This document shows positions 27,096-36,852 of a stretch of 42,729 bases of DNA, piece after piece. Origin of the DNA: a virus. Its lineage: Duplodnaviria; Heunggongvirae; Uroviricota; Caudoviricetes. The number at the start of each line of letters is the position of its first letter. The stretch's first letter is position 1. The notes under the pieces are model-generated. The model was not told the DNA's origin. It saw only the letters and a program-made list of their open reading frames with translations, and ran no database searches. The position numbers and the translations under genes are program-made. The DNA lies in the IMG/VR virus record IMGVR_UViG_2541047951_000003. One strand, given 5' to 3'.

Positions 27096-27443
27096 ATGGT
27101 GACGAAAACCATCACTGAACAGCGTGCGGAAGTACGTATTTTTGCCGGTAATGATCCGGCTCATACCGCCACAGGCAGCAGCGGGATTTCCTCGCCAACA
27201 CCGGCACTGACGCCCCTGATGCTGGATGAAGCCACCGGGAAACTGGTGGTCTGGGACGGACAGAAAGCCGGTAGTGCGGTTGGCATACTGGTACTGCCGC
27301 TTGAAGGCACAGAGACGGCGCTGACGTATTACAAGTCGGGAACCTTTGCGACGGAGGCAATCCACTGGCCTGAAAGTGTGGATGAACACAAAAAGGCCAA
27401 CGCCTTTGCTGGCAGTGCCCTGAGTCACGCGGCGCTGCCGTAA
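27096..27443 (+). CDS. D: Head decoration protein D
   Basis: 115 aa; 'DPAHTAT', 'TPLMLD', 'YKSGTF' parallel lambda gpD; AGGAGG RBS. Confidence 0.9.
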   Translation: MVTKTITEQRAEVRIFAGNDPAHTATGSSGISSPTPALTPLMLDEATGKLVVWDGQKAGSAVGILVLPLEGTETALTYYKSGTFATEAIHWPESVDEHKKANAFAGSALSHAALP

Positions 27444-27500
27444 CACGTTATCAGGCCACCGCGGTGGCCTGACTGATTTCTGAATGAAAGGAACTGATTT

Positions 27501-28529
27501 ATGGGATTGTTTACGACCCGCCAGTTACTCGGTTATACCGAACAAAAAGTTAAATTTCGTGCGCTGTTTCTGGAGCTGTTTTTCCGCCGTACGGTGAATT
27601 TCCATACCGAAGAGGTGATGCTGGACAAAATTACCGGAAAAACGCCGGTGGCGGCCTATGTCTCCCCGGTTGTTGAAGGAAAAGTGCTGCGTCATCGTGG
27701 TGGTGAAACCCGCGTGTTGCGTCCGGGCTACGTCAAGCCGAAACACGAATTTAATTACCAGCAGGCGGTTGAGCGCCTTCCTGGTGAAGATCCATCTCAA
27801 CTGAATGATCCGGCTTACCGCCGTCTGCGTATCATTACCGATAACCTCAAACAGGAAGAGCACGCGATTGTCCAGGTGGAAGAAATGCAGGCGGTAAATG
27901 CTGTGTTGTATGGCAAATACACCATGGAAGGAGACCAGTTCGAGAAAATTGAGGTCGATTTTGGCAGGTCGACGAAGAATAACATCACTCAGGGTAGTGG
28001 TAAGGAGTGGTCAAAACAGGATCGTGACACGTTCGATCCTACACATGATATTGACCTCTACTGCGACCTGGCCAGCGGTCTTGTGAATATTGCCATTATG
28101 GACGGTACCGTCTGGCGTCTTCTGAATGGTTTTAAGCTGTTCCGCGAAAAACTGGATACCCGTCGCGGCTCAAATTCACAACTCGAAACGGCAGTGAAAG
28201 ATCTGGGCGCAGTGGTGTCCTTCAAGGGGTATTACGGCGATCTGGCCATTGTGGTGGCGAAAACGTCTTATGTGGCAGAGGACGGTACCGAAAAACGTTA
28301 TCTGCCGGAGGGCATGCTGGTGTTGGGGAATACGGCGGCAGAGGGGATTCGTTGCTATGGTGCCATTAAGGATGCACAGGCGTTGTCTGAAGGAGTGGTG
28401 GCTTCTTCCCGTTACCCGAAACACTGGCTGACCGTGGGCGATCCGTCCTGTGAATTCACCATGACGCAGTCCGCTCCGCTGATGGTGCTGCCGGATCCGG
28501 ATGAGTTTGTGGTGGTACAGGTGAAATAA
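27501..28529 (+). CDS. E: Major capsid protein E
   Basis: 342 aa; strong similarity to lambda gpE (e.g. DTRRGSNS.LETAVKDLG.AVS.KG.YGD.AIVV, TMTQSAPLM). Confidence 0.95.
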   Translation: MGLFTTRQLLGYTEQKVKFRALFLELFFRRTVNFHTEEVMLDKITGKTPVAAYVSPVVEGKVLRHRGGETRVLRPGYVKPKHEFNYQQAVERLPGEDPSQLNDPAYRRLRIITDNLKQEEHAIVQVEEMQAVNAVLYGKYTMEGDQFEKIEVDFGRSTKNNITQGSGKEWSKQDRDTFDPTHDIDLYCDLASGLVNIAIMDGTVWRLLNGFKLFREKLDTRRGSNSQLETAVKDLGAVVSFKGYYGDLAIVVAKTSYVAEDGTEKRYLPEGMLVLGNTAAEGIRCYGAIKDAQALSEGVVASSRYPKHWLTVGDPSCEFTMTQSAPLMVLPDPDEFVVVQVK

Positions 28530-28580
28530 TCCGTGAGCGGGGGCGAAATGCCCCCGTGTCTTTTTTCACAGGAGGCTGAG

Positions 28581-28964
28581 ATGGCAACAAAAGAAGAAAA
28601 TCTGAATCGTCTTCGTCAACTGGCTGACCTGCTGGGGCGCGAGGCGGATATGTCGGGGAGTGCTGCGGATATTGCTCAACGTGTGTCTGAGTGGGAAGAG
28701 GAGCTTGCTGTTTCCCCGGAGGGCATTATGCACTCTGATGAGAGCGGGGCTGATCAAAATCACACAGACGATGGTGAGCAGTTGAACAACACGGATGCTC
28801 CGGATGATGTTAAAGCCGTCCGGGTACGGAAGTGCCTGCAAGTAATGGGGTATTGCCCGGAGACAGGTCGTCCCGTTGAGCTGGCGTTACGGGGTATGCG
28901 TGTTCTGGTGCCATCATCACTGGCAACGGCCATGATACAGCACGGAACGGCTGAATATGCGTGA
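28581..28964 (+). CDS. FI: DNA-packaging protein FI-like
   Basis: Position between E and FII; ATG 28581 with GGAGG RBS; acidic middle region as in lambda FI. Confidence 0.65.
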   Translation: MATKEENLNRLRQLADLLGREADMSGSAADIAQRVSEWEEELAVSPEGIMHSDESGADQNHTDDGEQLNNTDAPDDVKAVRVRKCLQVMGYCPETGRPVELALRGMRVLVPSSLATAMIQHGTAEYA

Positions 28965-29310
28965 TTTTCAGAATGCCTTTGATGCTGCCCTCGCCGGGGT
29001 AGACAGTACGATCGTTGAAGTGATGGGGCTCTGTGCGCAGTTCACCTCGGGGGCACAGTGTGGCAGCGAAGTTCAGGGGGTTTTTGATGATCCGGAGTCG
29101 CTGGGGTTTGCCGGTGGCGGGGTCCGTATTGAAGGAAGCAGCCCGTCATTATTTGTGCGGACGGATACGGTTCGTGCCGTGCGGCGTGGTGACACGCTGA
29201 CCATTAATGGTGAGATATTCTGGGTGGATCGTGTTTCTCCGGATGACGGGGGCAGCTGTTATCTCTGGCTCAACCGTGGTCAACCACCCGCAGTTAACCG
29301 GCGACGATAA
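28957..29310 (+). CDS. FII: Head-tail connector protein FII
   Basis: 117 aa; C-terminal 'WVDRVSPDDGGSCYLWLNRGQPPAVNRRR' matches lambda gpFII. Confidence 0.9.
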   Translation: MRDFQNAFDAALAGVDSTIVEVMGLCAQFTSGAQCGSEVQGVFDDPESLGFAGGGVRIEGSSPSLFVRTDTVRAVRRGDTLTINGEIFWVDRVSPDDGGSCYLWLNRGQPPAVNRRR

Positions 29311-29325
29311 ACGCAGGGTGAAATT

Positions 29326-29859
29326 ATGGCGATAAAAGGGCTTGATCAGGCGATTGACAATCTGAGCCGGGTTCGTAAAAACGCCATTCCGGCGGCTTCA
29401 GCAATGGCCATTAACCGCGTGGCCACAACGGCGATTAATCAGTCTTCATCACAGGTTGCCCGGGAGACAAAGGTTCGCCGGAAACTGGTTAAGGAACGGT
29501 CCAGACTGAAACGGGCGACGGTCAGAAATCCGAATGCCAGAATTATCGTTAACCGCGGTGATCTCCCTGTGATTAAGCTGGGGATCAGGATGCTGGGGCG
29601 TCGCCCGAACAGCATACTTAAAGCCGGTCAGCATCGGTATCAGCGGGCATTTATTCAGAGATTAAAAAATGGTCGCTGGCATGTCATGCAGCGTGTGGCC
29701 GGGAAAAACCGTTACCCCATTGATGTGGTGAAAATCCCGATGGCGGCCCCACTGAAACAGGCATTTGATGAGAATGTTGACCGTATCCGGCGTGAACGCC
29801 TGCCTAAAGAACTGGCATACGCGCTGAAACAACAACTGAGGATTGCAATAAAACGATGA
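29326..29859 (+). CDS. Z: Tail completion protein Z
   Basis: MAIKGLDQAIDNLSR... and C-terminal NGRWHVMQRVAGKNRYPIDVVKIPMA match lambda gpZ. Confidence 0.85.
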   Translation: MAIKGLDQAIDNLSRVRKNAIPAASAMAINRVATTAINQSSSQVARETKVRRKLVKERSRLKRATVRNPNARIIVNRGDLPVIKLGIRMLGRRPNSILKAGQHRYQRAFIQRLKNGRWHVMQRVAGKNRYPIDVVKIPMAAPLKQAFDENVDRIRRERLPKELAYALKQQLRIAIKR

Positions 29860-30251
29860 AACACACTGACATTCGTGCCGCAGTGCTGGATGCACTCGAG
29901 CAGCATGAACACGGGGCGACGCTGTTTGATGGTCGCCCCGTTGTTTTTGACGAAGAGGATTTTCCTGCGATCGCGGTTTATCTGACGGATGCAGAGTATA
30001 CCGGTGAAGAGCTGGATGCAGATACCTGGCGGGCCACGCTGCATATTGAGGTGTTTTTACCGGCACAGGTACCGGATTCAGAGCTTGATCAGTGGATGGA
30101 AAGCCGGATTTACCCGGCGATGACCGCGATCCCGGCACTGGCAGGACTGATTACCACGATGGTTACGCAGGGCTATGAGTATCGTCGTGATGACGATATG
30201 GCGTTATGGAGTTCTGCAGATCTGACTTATTCCATTACATACGAGATGTGA
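29856..30251 (+). CDS. U: Tail terminator protein U
   Basis: 131 aa, high similarity to lambda gpU ([28 protein letters not shown]...). Confidence 0.9.
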   Translation: MKHTDIRAAVLDALEQHEHGATLFDGRPVVFDEEDFPAIAVYLTDAEYTGEELDADTWRATLHIEVFLPAQVPDSELDQWMESRIYPAMTAIPALAGLITTMVTQGYEYRRDDDMALWSSADLTYSITYEM

Positions 30252-30258
30252 GGACGAT

Positions 30259-31011
30259 ATGGCAACACCAAATCCCCTTGAGCCGGTAAAAGGTGCCGGT
30301 ACCACTCTGTGGGTTTACAACGGCAAGGGTGATGCTTATGCAAACCCGTTGTCAGACGATGACTGGCAGCGACTGGCTAAGGTGAAGGATCTGACGCCGG
30401 GCGAGATGACGGCAGAATCCTACGATGATAACTACCTGGATGATGAAGACGCGGACTGGACCGCGACCGGGCAGGGGCAGAAATCTGCAGGTGATACCAG
30501 TTTTACGCTGGCCTGGAAACCGGGAGAGGAAGGCCAGAAAGGGCTTATAGGCTGGTTTGAAAGCGGCGATGTCCGGGCCTATAAAATCCGTTTTCCGAAT
30601 GGCACGGTGGATGTGTTTCGTGGCTGGGTCAGCAGTATCGGTAAGGCCGTGACGGCGAAAGAAGTGATCACCCGCACGGTGAAAGTCACTAACGTGGGTA
30701 AACCTTCTGTAGCGGAAGAACGCAGCAAAATTACGCCGGTCAGTGCGATTAAGGTGACGCCGACATCCGGTACGGTGGCAAAAGGGAAAACAACCACCCT
30801 GACGGTTTCTTTTGAGCCGGAAAGTGCAACCGACAAGACGTTCAGAGCGGTTTCCGCCGATCCGTCGAAAGCCACCATTAGTGTGAAAGATATGACAATT
30901 ACGGTAAACGGCGTGGCGACAGGTAAGGTGCAGATCCCTGTGGTGAGCGGAAATGGTCAGTTCGCCGCAGTGGCTGAAGTCACCGTTACTGAAGCGGGCG
31001 CTGCAGGGTAA
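30259..31011 (+). CDS. V: Major tail tube protein V (with C-terminal Ig-like domain)
   Basis: 250 aa, similar to lambda gpV. Confidence 0.9.
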   Translation: MATPNPLEPVKGAGTTLWVYNGKGDAYANPLSDDDWQRLAKVKDLTPGEMTAESYDDNYLDDEDADWTATGQGQKSAGDTSFTLAWKPGEEGQKGLIGWFESGDVRAYKIRFPNGTVDVFRGWVSSIGKAVTAKEVITRTVKVTNVGKPSVAEERSKITPVSAIKVTPTSGTVAKGKTTTLTVSFEPESATDKTFRAVSADPSKATISVKDMTITVNGVATGKVQIPVVSGNGQFAAVAEVTVTEAGAAG

Positions 31012-31024
31012 ACGGAGGTAATAC

Positions 31025-31456
31025 ATGTTTCTGAAAACAGAACAATTTGAATATAACGGTGTGTCTGTCACGCTTTCCGAATTGTCTGCGCTGCAGCGTA
31101 TCGAGCATCTTGCCCTCCTGAAACGGCGTGCAGAACAGGCAGAATCCTGCGGCAACCTGCAGGTAAGCGTGGAAGATCTCGTCAGAACCGGCGCGTTTCT
31201 GGTGGCGATGTCCCTGTGGCATAACCATCCACAGAAAACGCAGTCACCGTCAATGAATGAGGCCGTGATGAAGATAGAGCAGGAAGTGCTCACCACCTGG
31301 CCTGCCGATGCCATTGCCCGGGCGGAAGACGTGGTGTTGTGCCTGTCCGGGATGATCGAAGCTGTTCGTCCGGATACTGATATTACTGAAGTGGCGAAAA
31401 ATAACACGCTGACTGATGATGATTTTTCTGCGGGAAAGTCTTCGACGGCGAGCTGA
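31025..31456 (+). CDS. G: Tail assembly chaperone G
   Basis: MFLKTEQFEYNGVSVTLSELSALQRIEHLALLKRRAEQAES... matches lambda gpG. Confidence 0.9.
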   Translation: MFLKTEQFEYNGVSVTLSELSALQRIEHLALLKRRAEQAESCGNLQVSVEDLVRTGAFLVAMSLWHNHPQKTQSPSMNEAVMKIEQEVLTTWPADAIARAEDVVLCLSGMIEAVRPDTDITEVAKNNTLTDDDFSAGKSSTAS

Positions 31457-31896
31457 ACTTTGCCCTCAGACTGGCGCGTGAGATGGGGAGACCCGACTGG
31501 CGCGCCATGCTTGCCGGGATGACATCCACCGAATATGCCGACTGGCACCGTTTTTACCGCACGCATTATTTTCAGGATACCCAGCTGGATATGCATTTTT
31601 CCGGGCTGACGTACGCTGTACTCAGCCTGTTTTTTTGCGATCCGGATATGCATCCCTCTGATTTCAGTCTGCTTGTCCCCCGGCATGAGGAAGAGCAGGT
31701 GGAGAGGCCGGATGAGGACAAAATGCTGATGCAGAAAGCGGCAGGACTTGCCGGAGGCGTCCGGTTCGGTGGGGACGGAGGGCGCGATATTTTATCGTCT
31801 GCGGATGTGGCGGATGTCATGGTGGATGATGCCGCATTAATGATGGCTTCAGCGGGGATTCCGGGAGGTGTGAGATATGTCCCAGCCGGTTGGTGA
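31025..31896 (+). CDS. T: Tail assembly chaperone G-T fusion via programmed -1 ribosomal frameshift at slippery heptamer GGGAAAG (31432-31438)
   Basis: Slippery G_GGA_AAG near the end of G; -1 frame ORF (track 31483-31896) encodes lambda T-like sequence (GRPDWRAMLAGMTSTEYADWHRFY...). Confidence 0.8.
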
Positions 31897-34450
31897 TCTT
31901 GTTATTGACCTGAGTCTGGATGCTGTCCGTTTCGATGAGCAGATGAGCCGGGTAAGGCGTCATTTTTCAGGTCTGGATACCGACGCCAGAAAAACCGCCA
32001 GTGCTGTTGAACAGGGCCTGAGCCGCCAGGCGCTGGCTGCACAAAAAGCCGGGATTTCCGTCGGGCAGTATAAAGCGGCCATGCGAACCCTGCCCGCACA
32101 GTTTACGGATATCGCCACGCAGCTTGCCGGTGGTCAGAATCCCTGGTTGATCCTGCTGCAACAGGGCGGTCAGGTGAAGGACTCCTTCGGCGGGATGATC
32201 CCCATGTTCAGGGGGCTTGCCGGTGCGATCACCCTGCCGATGGTCGGGGTCACCTCGCTGGCGGTGGCGACAGGTGCGCTGGCGTACGCCTGGTACCAGG
32301 GCGACGCCACGCTTTCAGAATTTAATAAAACGCTGGTCCTTTCCGGCAATCAGGCCGGACTGACTGCCGATCGTATGCTGACGCTCTCAAGAGCCGGGCA
32401 GGCAGCAGGGCTGACGTTTAACCAGGCGAGAGAGTCACTGGCAGCCCTGGTGAATGCCGGTGTGCGTGGTGGTGAACAGTTTGATGCCATCAACCAGAGT
32501 GTCGCGCGTTTTGCGTCTGCATCCGGTGTGGAGGTGGATAAAGTCGCTGAAGCCTTCGGGAAGCTGACCACTGACCCGACGTCGGGACTGATGGCGATGG
32601 CGCGCCAGTTCCGTAACGTGACGGCAGAGCAGATTGCGTATGTTGCACAGCTGCAGCGTTCCGGAGACGAGGCCGGGGCATTGCAGGCGGCGAACGATAT
32701 CGCCACGAAAGGCTTTGATGAGCAGACCCGTCGCCTGAAAGAAAACATGGGAACACTGGAGACCTGGGCGGATAAAACAGGGAAGGCATTCAAATCGATG
32801 TGGGATGCCATTCTGGATATCGGTCGTCCGGAATCCTCAGCGGATATGCTCGCCAGTGCGCAGAAGGCATTTGATGAGGCGGATAAAAAATGGCAGTGGT
32901 ACCAGAGCCGGAGCCAGCGCCGGGGAAAGACCTCCTCTTTTCGTGCGAACCTTCAGGGGGCATGGGATGACCGGGAAAATGCCCGTCTGGGTCTGGCAGC
33001 GGCCACGCTGCAGTCGGATATGGAAAAAGCCGGTGAACTGGCGGCAAGGGACAGGGCTGAGCGTGAGTCGTCACAGCTGAAGTATACCGGAGAGGCGCAG
33101 AAGGCGTATGAGCGCCTGCAGACGCCGCTGGATAAATATACCGCCCGTCAGAAAGAGCTGAATAAGGCCCTGAAAGACGGAAAAATCCTGCAGGCGGATT
33201 ACAACACGCTGATGGCGTCGGCAAAAAAGGATTATGAATCGACGCTGAAAAAGCCGTCAGGTGTGAAGGTGTCTGCCGGTGAGCGCCAGGAAGACCGGGC
33301 GCATGCAGCCCTGCTGGCGCTTGAAACCGAGCTCAGGACGCTGGAAAAACACAGCGGTGTGAATGAGAAAATCAGCCAGCAGCGCCGGGATTTATGGGAA
33401 GCGGAAAGTCAGTATGTGGTCCTGAAAGAGGCCGCCACGAAACGGCAGTTATCTGAGCAGGAAAAATCCCTGCTGGCTCATGAGAAAGAGACGCTGGAGT
33501 ACAAACGCCAGCTGGCTGAGCTGGGAGACAAGATTGAACACCAGAAGCGGCTGAATGAGCTGGCACAGCAGGCGGCGCGGTTTGAACAGCAGCAAAGCGC
33601 GAAGCAGGCGGCAATCAGCGCAAAAGCCCGCGGCCTCACCGACCGTCAGGCGCAGCGGGAGTCGGAAGAGCAGCGCCTTCGTGAGGTGTACGGTGATAAT
33701 CCGGCTGCGCTGGCGAAGGCCACATCGGCACTGAAGAACACCTGGTCTGCGGAGGAGCAGCTTCGTGGAAGCTGGATGGCCGGGATGAAGTCCGGCTGGG
33801 GAGAGTGGGCGGAAAGTGCGACGGACAGTTTTTCGCAGGTTAAAAGTGTGGCCACGCAGACCTTTGACGGTATTGCACAGAATATGGCGGCGATGCTGAC
33901 CGGCAGTGAACAGAACTGGCGCAGCTTCACCCGTTCCGTGCTGTCCATGATGACAGAAATTCTGCTTAAGCAGGCAATGGTGGGGATTGTCGGGAGTATC
34001 GGCAGCGCTATTGGCGGGGCTGTTGGTGGCGGCGCATCCGCGTCAGGCGGTACAGCCATTCAGGCCGCTGCGGCGAAACTCCATTTTGCAACCGGAGGAT
34101 TTACGGGAACCGGCGGCAAATATGAGCCAGCGGGGATTGTTCACCGTGGTGAATTTGTCTTCACGAAGGAGGCAACCAGCCGGATTGGCGTGGGAAATCT
34201 CTACCGGCTGATGCGCGGCTATGCCACCGGCGGTTATGTCGGTGGCACCGGAAGTCCGGCGCAAATGCGGCGTTCAGAGGGTATCAGGTTTGAGCAGAAC
34301 AACAACGTGGTGATTCAGAACGACGGTACGAATGGTCTGCCAGGTCCACAGATGATGAAGGCGGTGTATGACATGGCCCGCAAGGGTGCCCGTGATGAAA
34401 TCCAGGCACAGATGCGCGATGGTGGTCTGTTCTCCGGAGGTGGACGATGA
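31877..34450 (+). CDS. H: Tail tape-measure protein H
   Basis: 857 aa, similar to lambda gpH across its length, including C-terminal ...GGLFSGGGR. Confidence 0.95.
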   Translation: MSQPVGDLVIDLSLDAVRFDEQMSRVRRHFSGLDTDARKTASAVEQGLSRQALAAQKAGISVGQYKAAMRTLPAQFTDIATQLAGGQNPWLILLQQGGQVKDSFGGMIPMFRGLAGAITLPMVGVTSLAVATGALAYAWYQGDATLSEFNKTLVLSGNQAGLTADRMLTLSRAGQAAGLTFNQARESLAALVNAGVRGGEQFDAINQSVARFASASGVEVDKVAEAFGKLTTDPTSGLMAMARQFRNVTAEQIAYVAQLQRSGDEAGALQAANDIATKGFDEQTRRLKENMGTLETWADKTGKAFKSMWDAILDIGRPESSADMLASAQKAFDEADKKWQWYQSRSQRRGKTSSFRANLQGAWDDRENARLGLAAATLQSDMEKAGELAARDRAERESSQLKYTGEAQKAYERLQTPLDKYTARQKELNKALKDGKILQADYNTLMASAKKDYESTLKKPSGVKVSAGERQEDRAHAALLALETELRTLEKHSGVNEKISQQRRDLWEAESQYVVLKEAATKRQLSEQEKSLLAHEKETLEYKRQLAELGDKIEHQKRLNELAQQAARFEQQQSAKQAAISAKARGLTDRQAQRESEEQRLREVYGDNPAALAKATSALKNTWSAEEQLRGSWMAGMKSGWGEWAESATDSFSQVKSVATQTFDGIAQNMAAMLTGSEQNWRSFTRSVLSMMTEILLKQAMVGIVGSIGSAIGGAVGGGASASGGTAIQAAAAKLHFATGGFTGTGGKYEPAGIVHRGEFVFTKEATSRIGVGNLYRLMRGYATGGYVGGTGSPAQMRRSEGIRFEQNNNVVIQNDGTNGLPGPQMMKAVYDMARKGARDEIQAQMRDGGLFSGGGR

Positions 34451-34776
34451 AAACCTTCCGCTGGAAAGTGAAACCCGGGATGGATGTGACATCGGCTCCT
34501 TCCGTCAGGGAGGTGCGCTTTGGTGATGGCTATTCCCAGCGTGCGCCTGCCGGGCTGAACGCTGACCTGAAAACGTACAGCGTGACGCTGTCTGTCTCCC
34601 GTGAGGAGGCCACGGCGCTGGAGTCGTTTCTGGCTGAGCACGGGGGCTGGAAGGCCTTTCTGTGGACGCCGCCTTATGGTTACAGGCAGATAAAGGTGAC
34701 CTGCGCAAAATGGTCGTCGCAGGTCAGTATGTTGCGTGTTGGGTTCAGCGCAGAGTTTAAACAGGTGGTGAACTGA
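34447..34776 (+). CDS. M: Tail tip protein M
   Basis: 109 aa, matches lambda gpM (MKTFRWKVKPGMDV...). Confidence 0.9.
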   Translation: MKTFRWKVKPGMDVTSAPSVREVRFGDGYSQRAPAGLNADLKTYSVTLSVSREEATALESFLAEHGGWKAFLWTPPYGYRQIKVTCAKWSSQVSMLRVGFSAEFKQVVN

Positions 34777-35474
34777 TGCAGGATATCCGGCAGGAAACAC
34801 TGAATGAATGCACCCGTGCGGAGCAGTCGGCCAGCGTGGTGCTCTGGGAAATCGATCTGACAGAGGTCGGTGGAGAACGTTATTTTTTCTGTAATGAGCA
34901 GAACGAAAAAGGTGAGCCGGTCACCTGGCAGGGGCGACAGTATCAGCCGTATCCCATTCAGGGGAGTAGTTTTGAACTGAATGGCAAAGGCACCAGTACG
35001 CGCCCCACGCTGACGGTTTCTAACCTGTACGGTATGGTCACCGGGATGGTGGAAGATCTGCAGAGTCTGGTCGGCGGAACGGTGGTCAGGCGTAAGGTTT
35101 ACGCCCGTTTTCTGGATGCGGTGAACTTCGTCAACGGAAACAGCGACGCCGATCCGGAGCAGGAGGTGATCAGCCGCTGGCGCATCGAGCAGTGCAGCGA
35201 ACTGAGTGCGGTCAGTGCCTCCTTTGTACTGTCCACACCGACGGAAACGGATGGTGCCGTTTTTCCGGGGCGCATCATGCTGGCTAATACCTGCACCTGG
35301 ACCTATCGCGGTGATGAGTGCGGTTATCACGGTCCGGCGGTCGCGGATGAATATGATCAGCCGACTTCCGATATCACGAAGGATAAATGCAGCAAATGCC
35401 TGAGCGGCTGTAAGTTTCGCAATAACGTCGGCAACTTTGGCGGCTTCCTTTCCATTAACAAACTTTCGCAGTAA
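34776..35474 (+). CDS. L: Tail tip protein L
   Basis: 232 aa, similar to lambda gpL. Confidence 0.9.
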   Translation: MQDIRQETLNECTRAEQSASVVLWEIDLTEVGGERYFFCNEQNEKGEPVTWQGRQYQPYPIQGSSFELNGKGTSTRPTLTVSNLYGMVTGMVEDLQSLVGGTVVRRKVYARFLDAVNFVNGNSDADPEQEVISRWRIEQCSELSAVSASFVLSTPTETDGAVFPGRIMLANTCTWTYRGDECGYHGPAVADEYDQPTSDITKDKCSKCLSGCKFRNNVGNFGGFLSINKLSQ

Positions 35475-35479
35475 ATCCC

Positions 35480-36223
35480 ATGACAGAGACAGAATCAGCG
35501 ATTCTGGCGCATGCCCGGCGATGTGCGCCAGCGGAGTCGTGCGGCTTCGTGGTGAGAGCGCCGGAGGGGGAAAGATATTTTCCCTGCGTGAATATCTCCG
35601 GTGAGCCGGAGGCGTATTTCCGGATGGCTCCGGAGGACTGGCTGCAGGCAGAGATGCAGGGTGAGATTGTGGCGCTGGTCCACAGTCATCCCGGTGGTCT
35701 GCCCTGGCTGAGTGAGGCCGACCGGCGGCTGCAGGTGCAGAGTGATTTGCCGTGGTGGCTGGTCTGCCGGGGGGCGATTCATAAGTTCCGCTGTGTGCCG
35801 CATCTCACCGGGCGGCGCTTTGAGCACGGGGTGACGGACTGTTACACGCTGTTCCGGGACGCTTACCATCTGGCGGGGATTGAGATGCCGGACTTTCATC
35901 GTGAGGATGACTGGTGGCGTAACGGCCAGAATCTCTATCTTGATAATCTGGAGGCCACAGGGCTGTATCAGGTGCCGTTGTCAGCGGCGCAGCCGGGCGA
36001 TGTGCTGCTGTGCTGCTTTGGTTCATCGGTGCCGAATCATGCCGCTATTTACTGTGGTGACGGCGAGCTGCTGCACCATATTCCTGAACAACTGAGTAAA
36101 CGAGAGAGGTATACCGACAAATGGCAGCGACGCACACACTCCCTCTGGCGTCACCGGGCATGGCACGCATCTGCCTTTACGGGGATTTACAACGATTTGG
36201 CCGCCGCATCGACCTTCGTGTGA
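35480..36223 (+). CDS. K: Tail tip assembly protein K (MPN/JAB + NlpC/P60-like)
   Basis: Contains 'HSHP' JAB-type motif and Cys/His residues typical of lambda gpK. Confidence 0.85.
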   Translation: MTETESAILAHARRCAPAESCGFVVRAPEGERYFPCVNISGEPEAYFRMAPEDWLQAEMQGEIVALVHSHPGGLPWLSEADRRLQVQSDLPWWLVCRGAIHKFRCVPHLTGRRFEHGVTDCYTLFRDAYHLAGIEMPDFHREDDWWRNGQNLYLDNLEATGLYQVPLSAAQPGDVLLCCFGSSVPNHAAIYCGDGELLHHIPEQLSKRERYTDKWQRRTHSLWRHRAWHASAFTGIYNDLAAASTFV

Positions 36224-36792
36224 AAACGGGGGCTGAAGCCATCCGCGCACTGGCCACACAGCTCCCGGTGTTTCGTCAGAAACTGAGCGACGGCTGGTAT
36301 CAGGTACGGATTGCCGGGCGGGACGTCAGCACGTCCGGGTTAACGGCGCAGTTACATGAGACTCTGCCTGATGGCGCTGTGATTCATATTGTTCCCAGAG
36401 TCGCCGGGGCCAAGTCAGGTGGCGTATTCCAGATTGTCCTGGGGGCTGCCGCCATTGCCGGATCATTCTTTACCGCCGGAGCCACCCTTGCAGCATGGGG
36501 GGCAGCCATTGGGGCCGGTGGTATGACCGGCATCCTGTTTTCTCTCGGTGCCAGTATGGTGCTCGGTGGTGTGGCGCAGATGCTGGCACCGAAAGCCAGA
36601 ACTCCCCGTACACAGACAACGGATAACGGCAAACAGAACACCTATTTCTCCTCACTGGATAACATGGTTGCCCAGGGCAATGTTCTGCCGGTTCTGTACG
36701 GTGAAATGCGCGTGGGGTCACGCGTGGTTTCTCAGGAGATCAGCACGGCAGACGAAGGGGATGGTGGTCAGGTTGTGGTGATTGGTCGCTGA
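36121..36792 (+). CDS. I: Tail tip assembly protein I
   Basis: 223 aa, matches lambda gpI (MAATHTLPLASPGMARICLYGDLQRF...). Confidence 0.85.
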   Translation: MAATHTLPLASPGMARICLYGDLQRFGRRIDLRVKTGAEAIRALATQLPVFRQKLSDGWYQVRIAGRDVSTSGLTAQLHETLPDGAVIHIVPRVAGAKSGGVFQIVLGAAAIAGSFFTAGATLAAWGAAIGAGGMTGILFSLGASMVLGGVAQMLAPKARTPRTQTTDNGKQNTYFSSLDNMVAQGNVLPVLYGEMRVGSRVVSQEISTADEGDGGQVVVIGR

Positions 36793-36852
36793 TGCAAAAT
36801 GTTTTATGTGAAACCGCCTCCGGGCGGTTTTATCGTTTATGGAGCATGAGGA

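Noticed and set aside
30352-31686. 444-aa minus-strand ORF antisense to V, G and T
   Set aside because: Plus-strand ORFs here match lambda tail proteins V/G/T in conserved order; the antisense translation is Arg/Cys-rich low-complexity sequence typical of spurious ORFs opposite GC-rich coding DNA.
34680-35330. 216-aa minus-strand ORF overlapping M/L
   Set aside because: Antisense to lambda-like tail tip genes; spurious.
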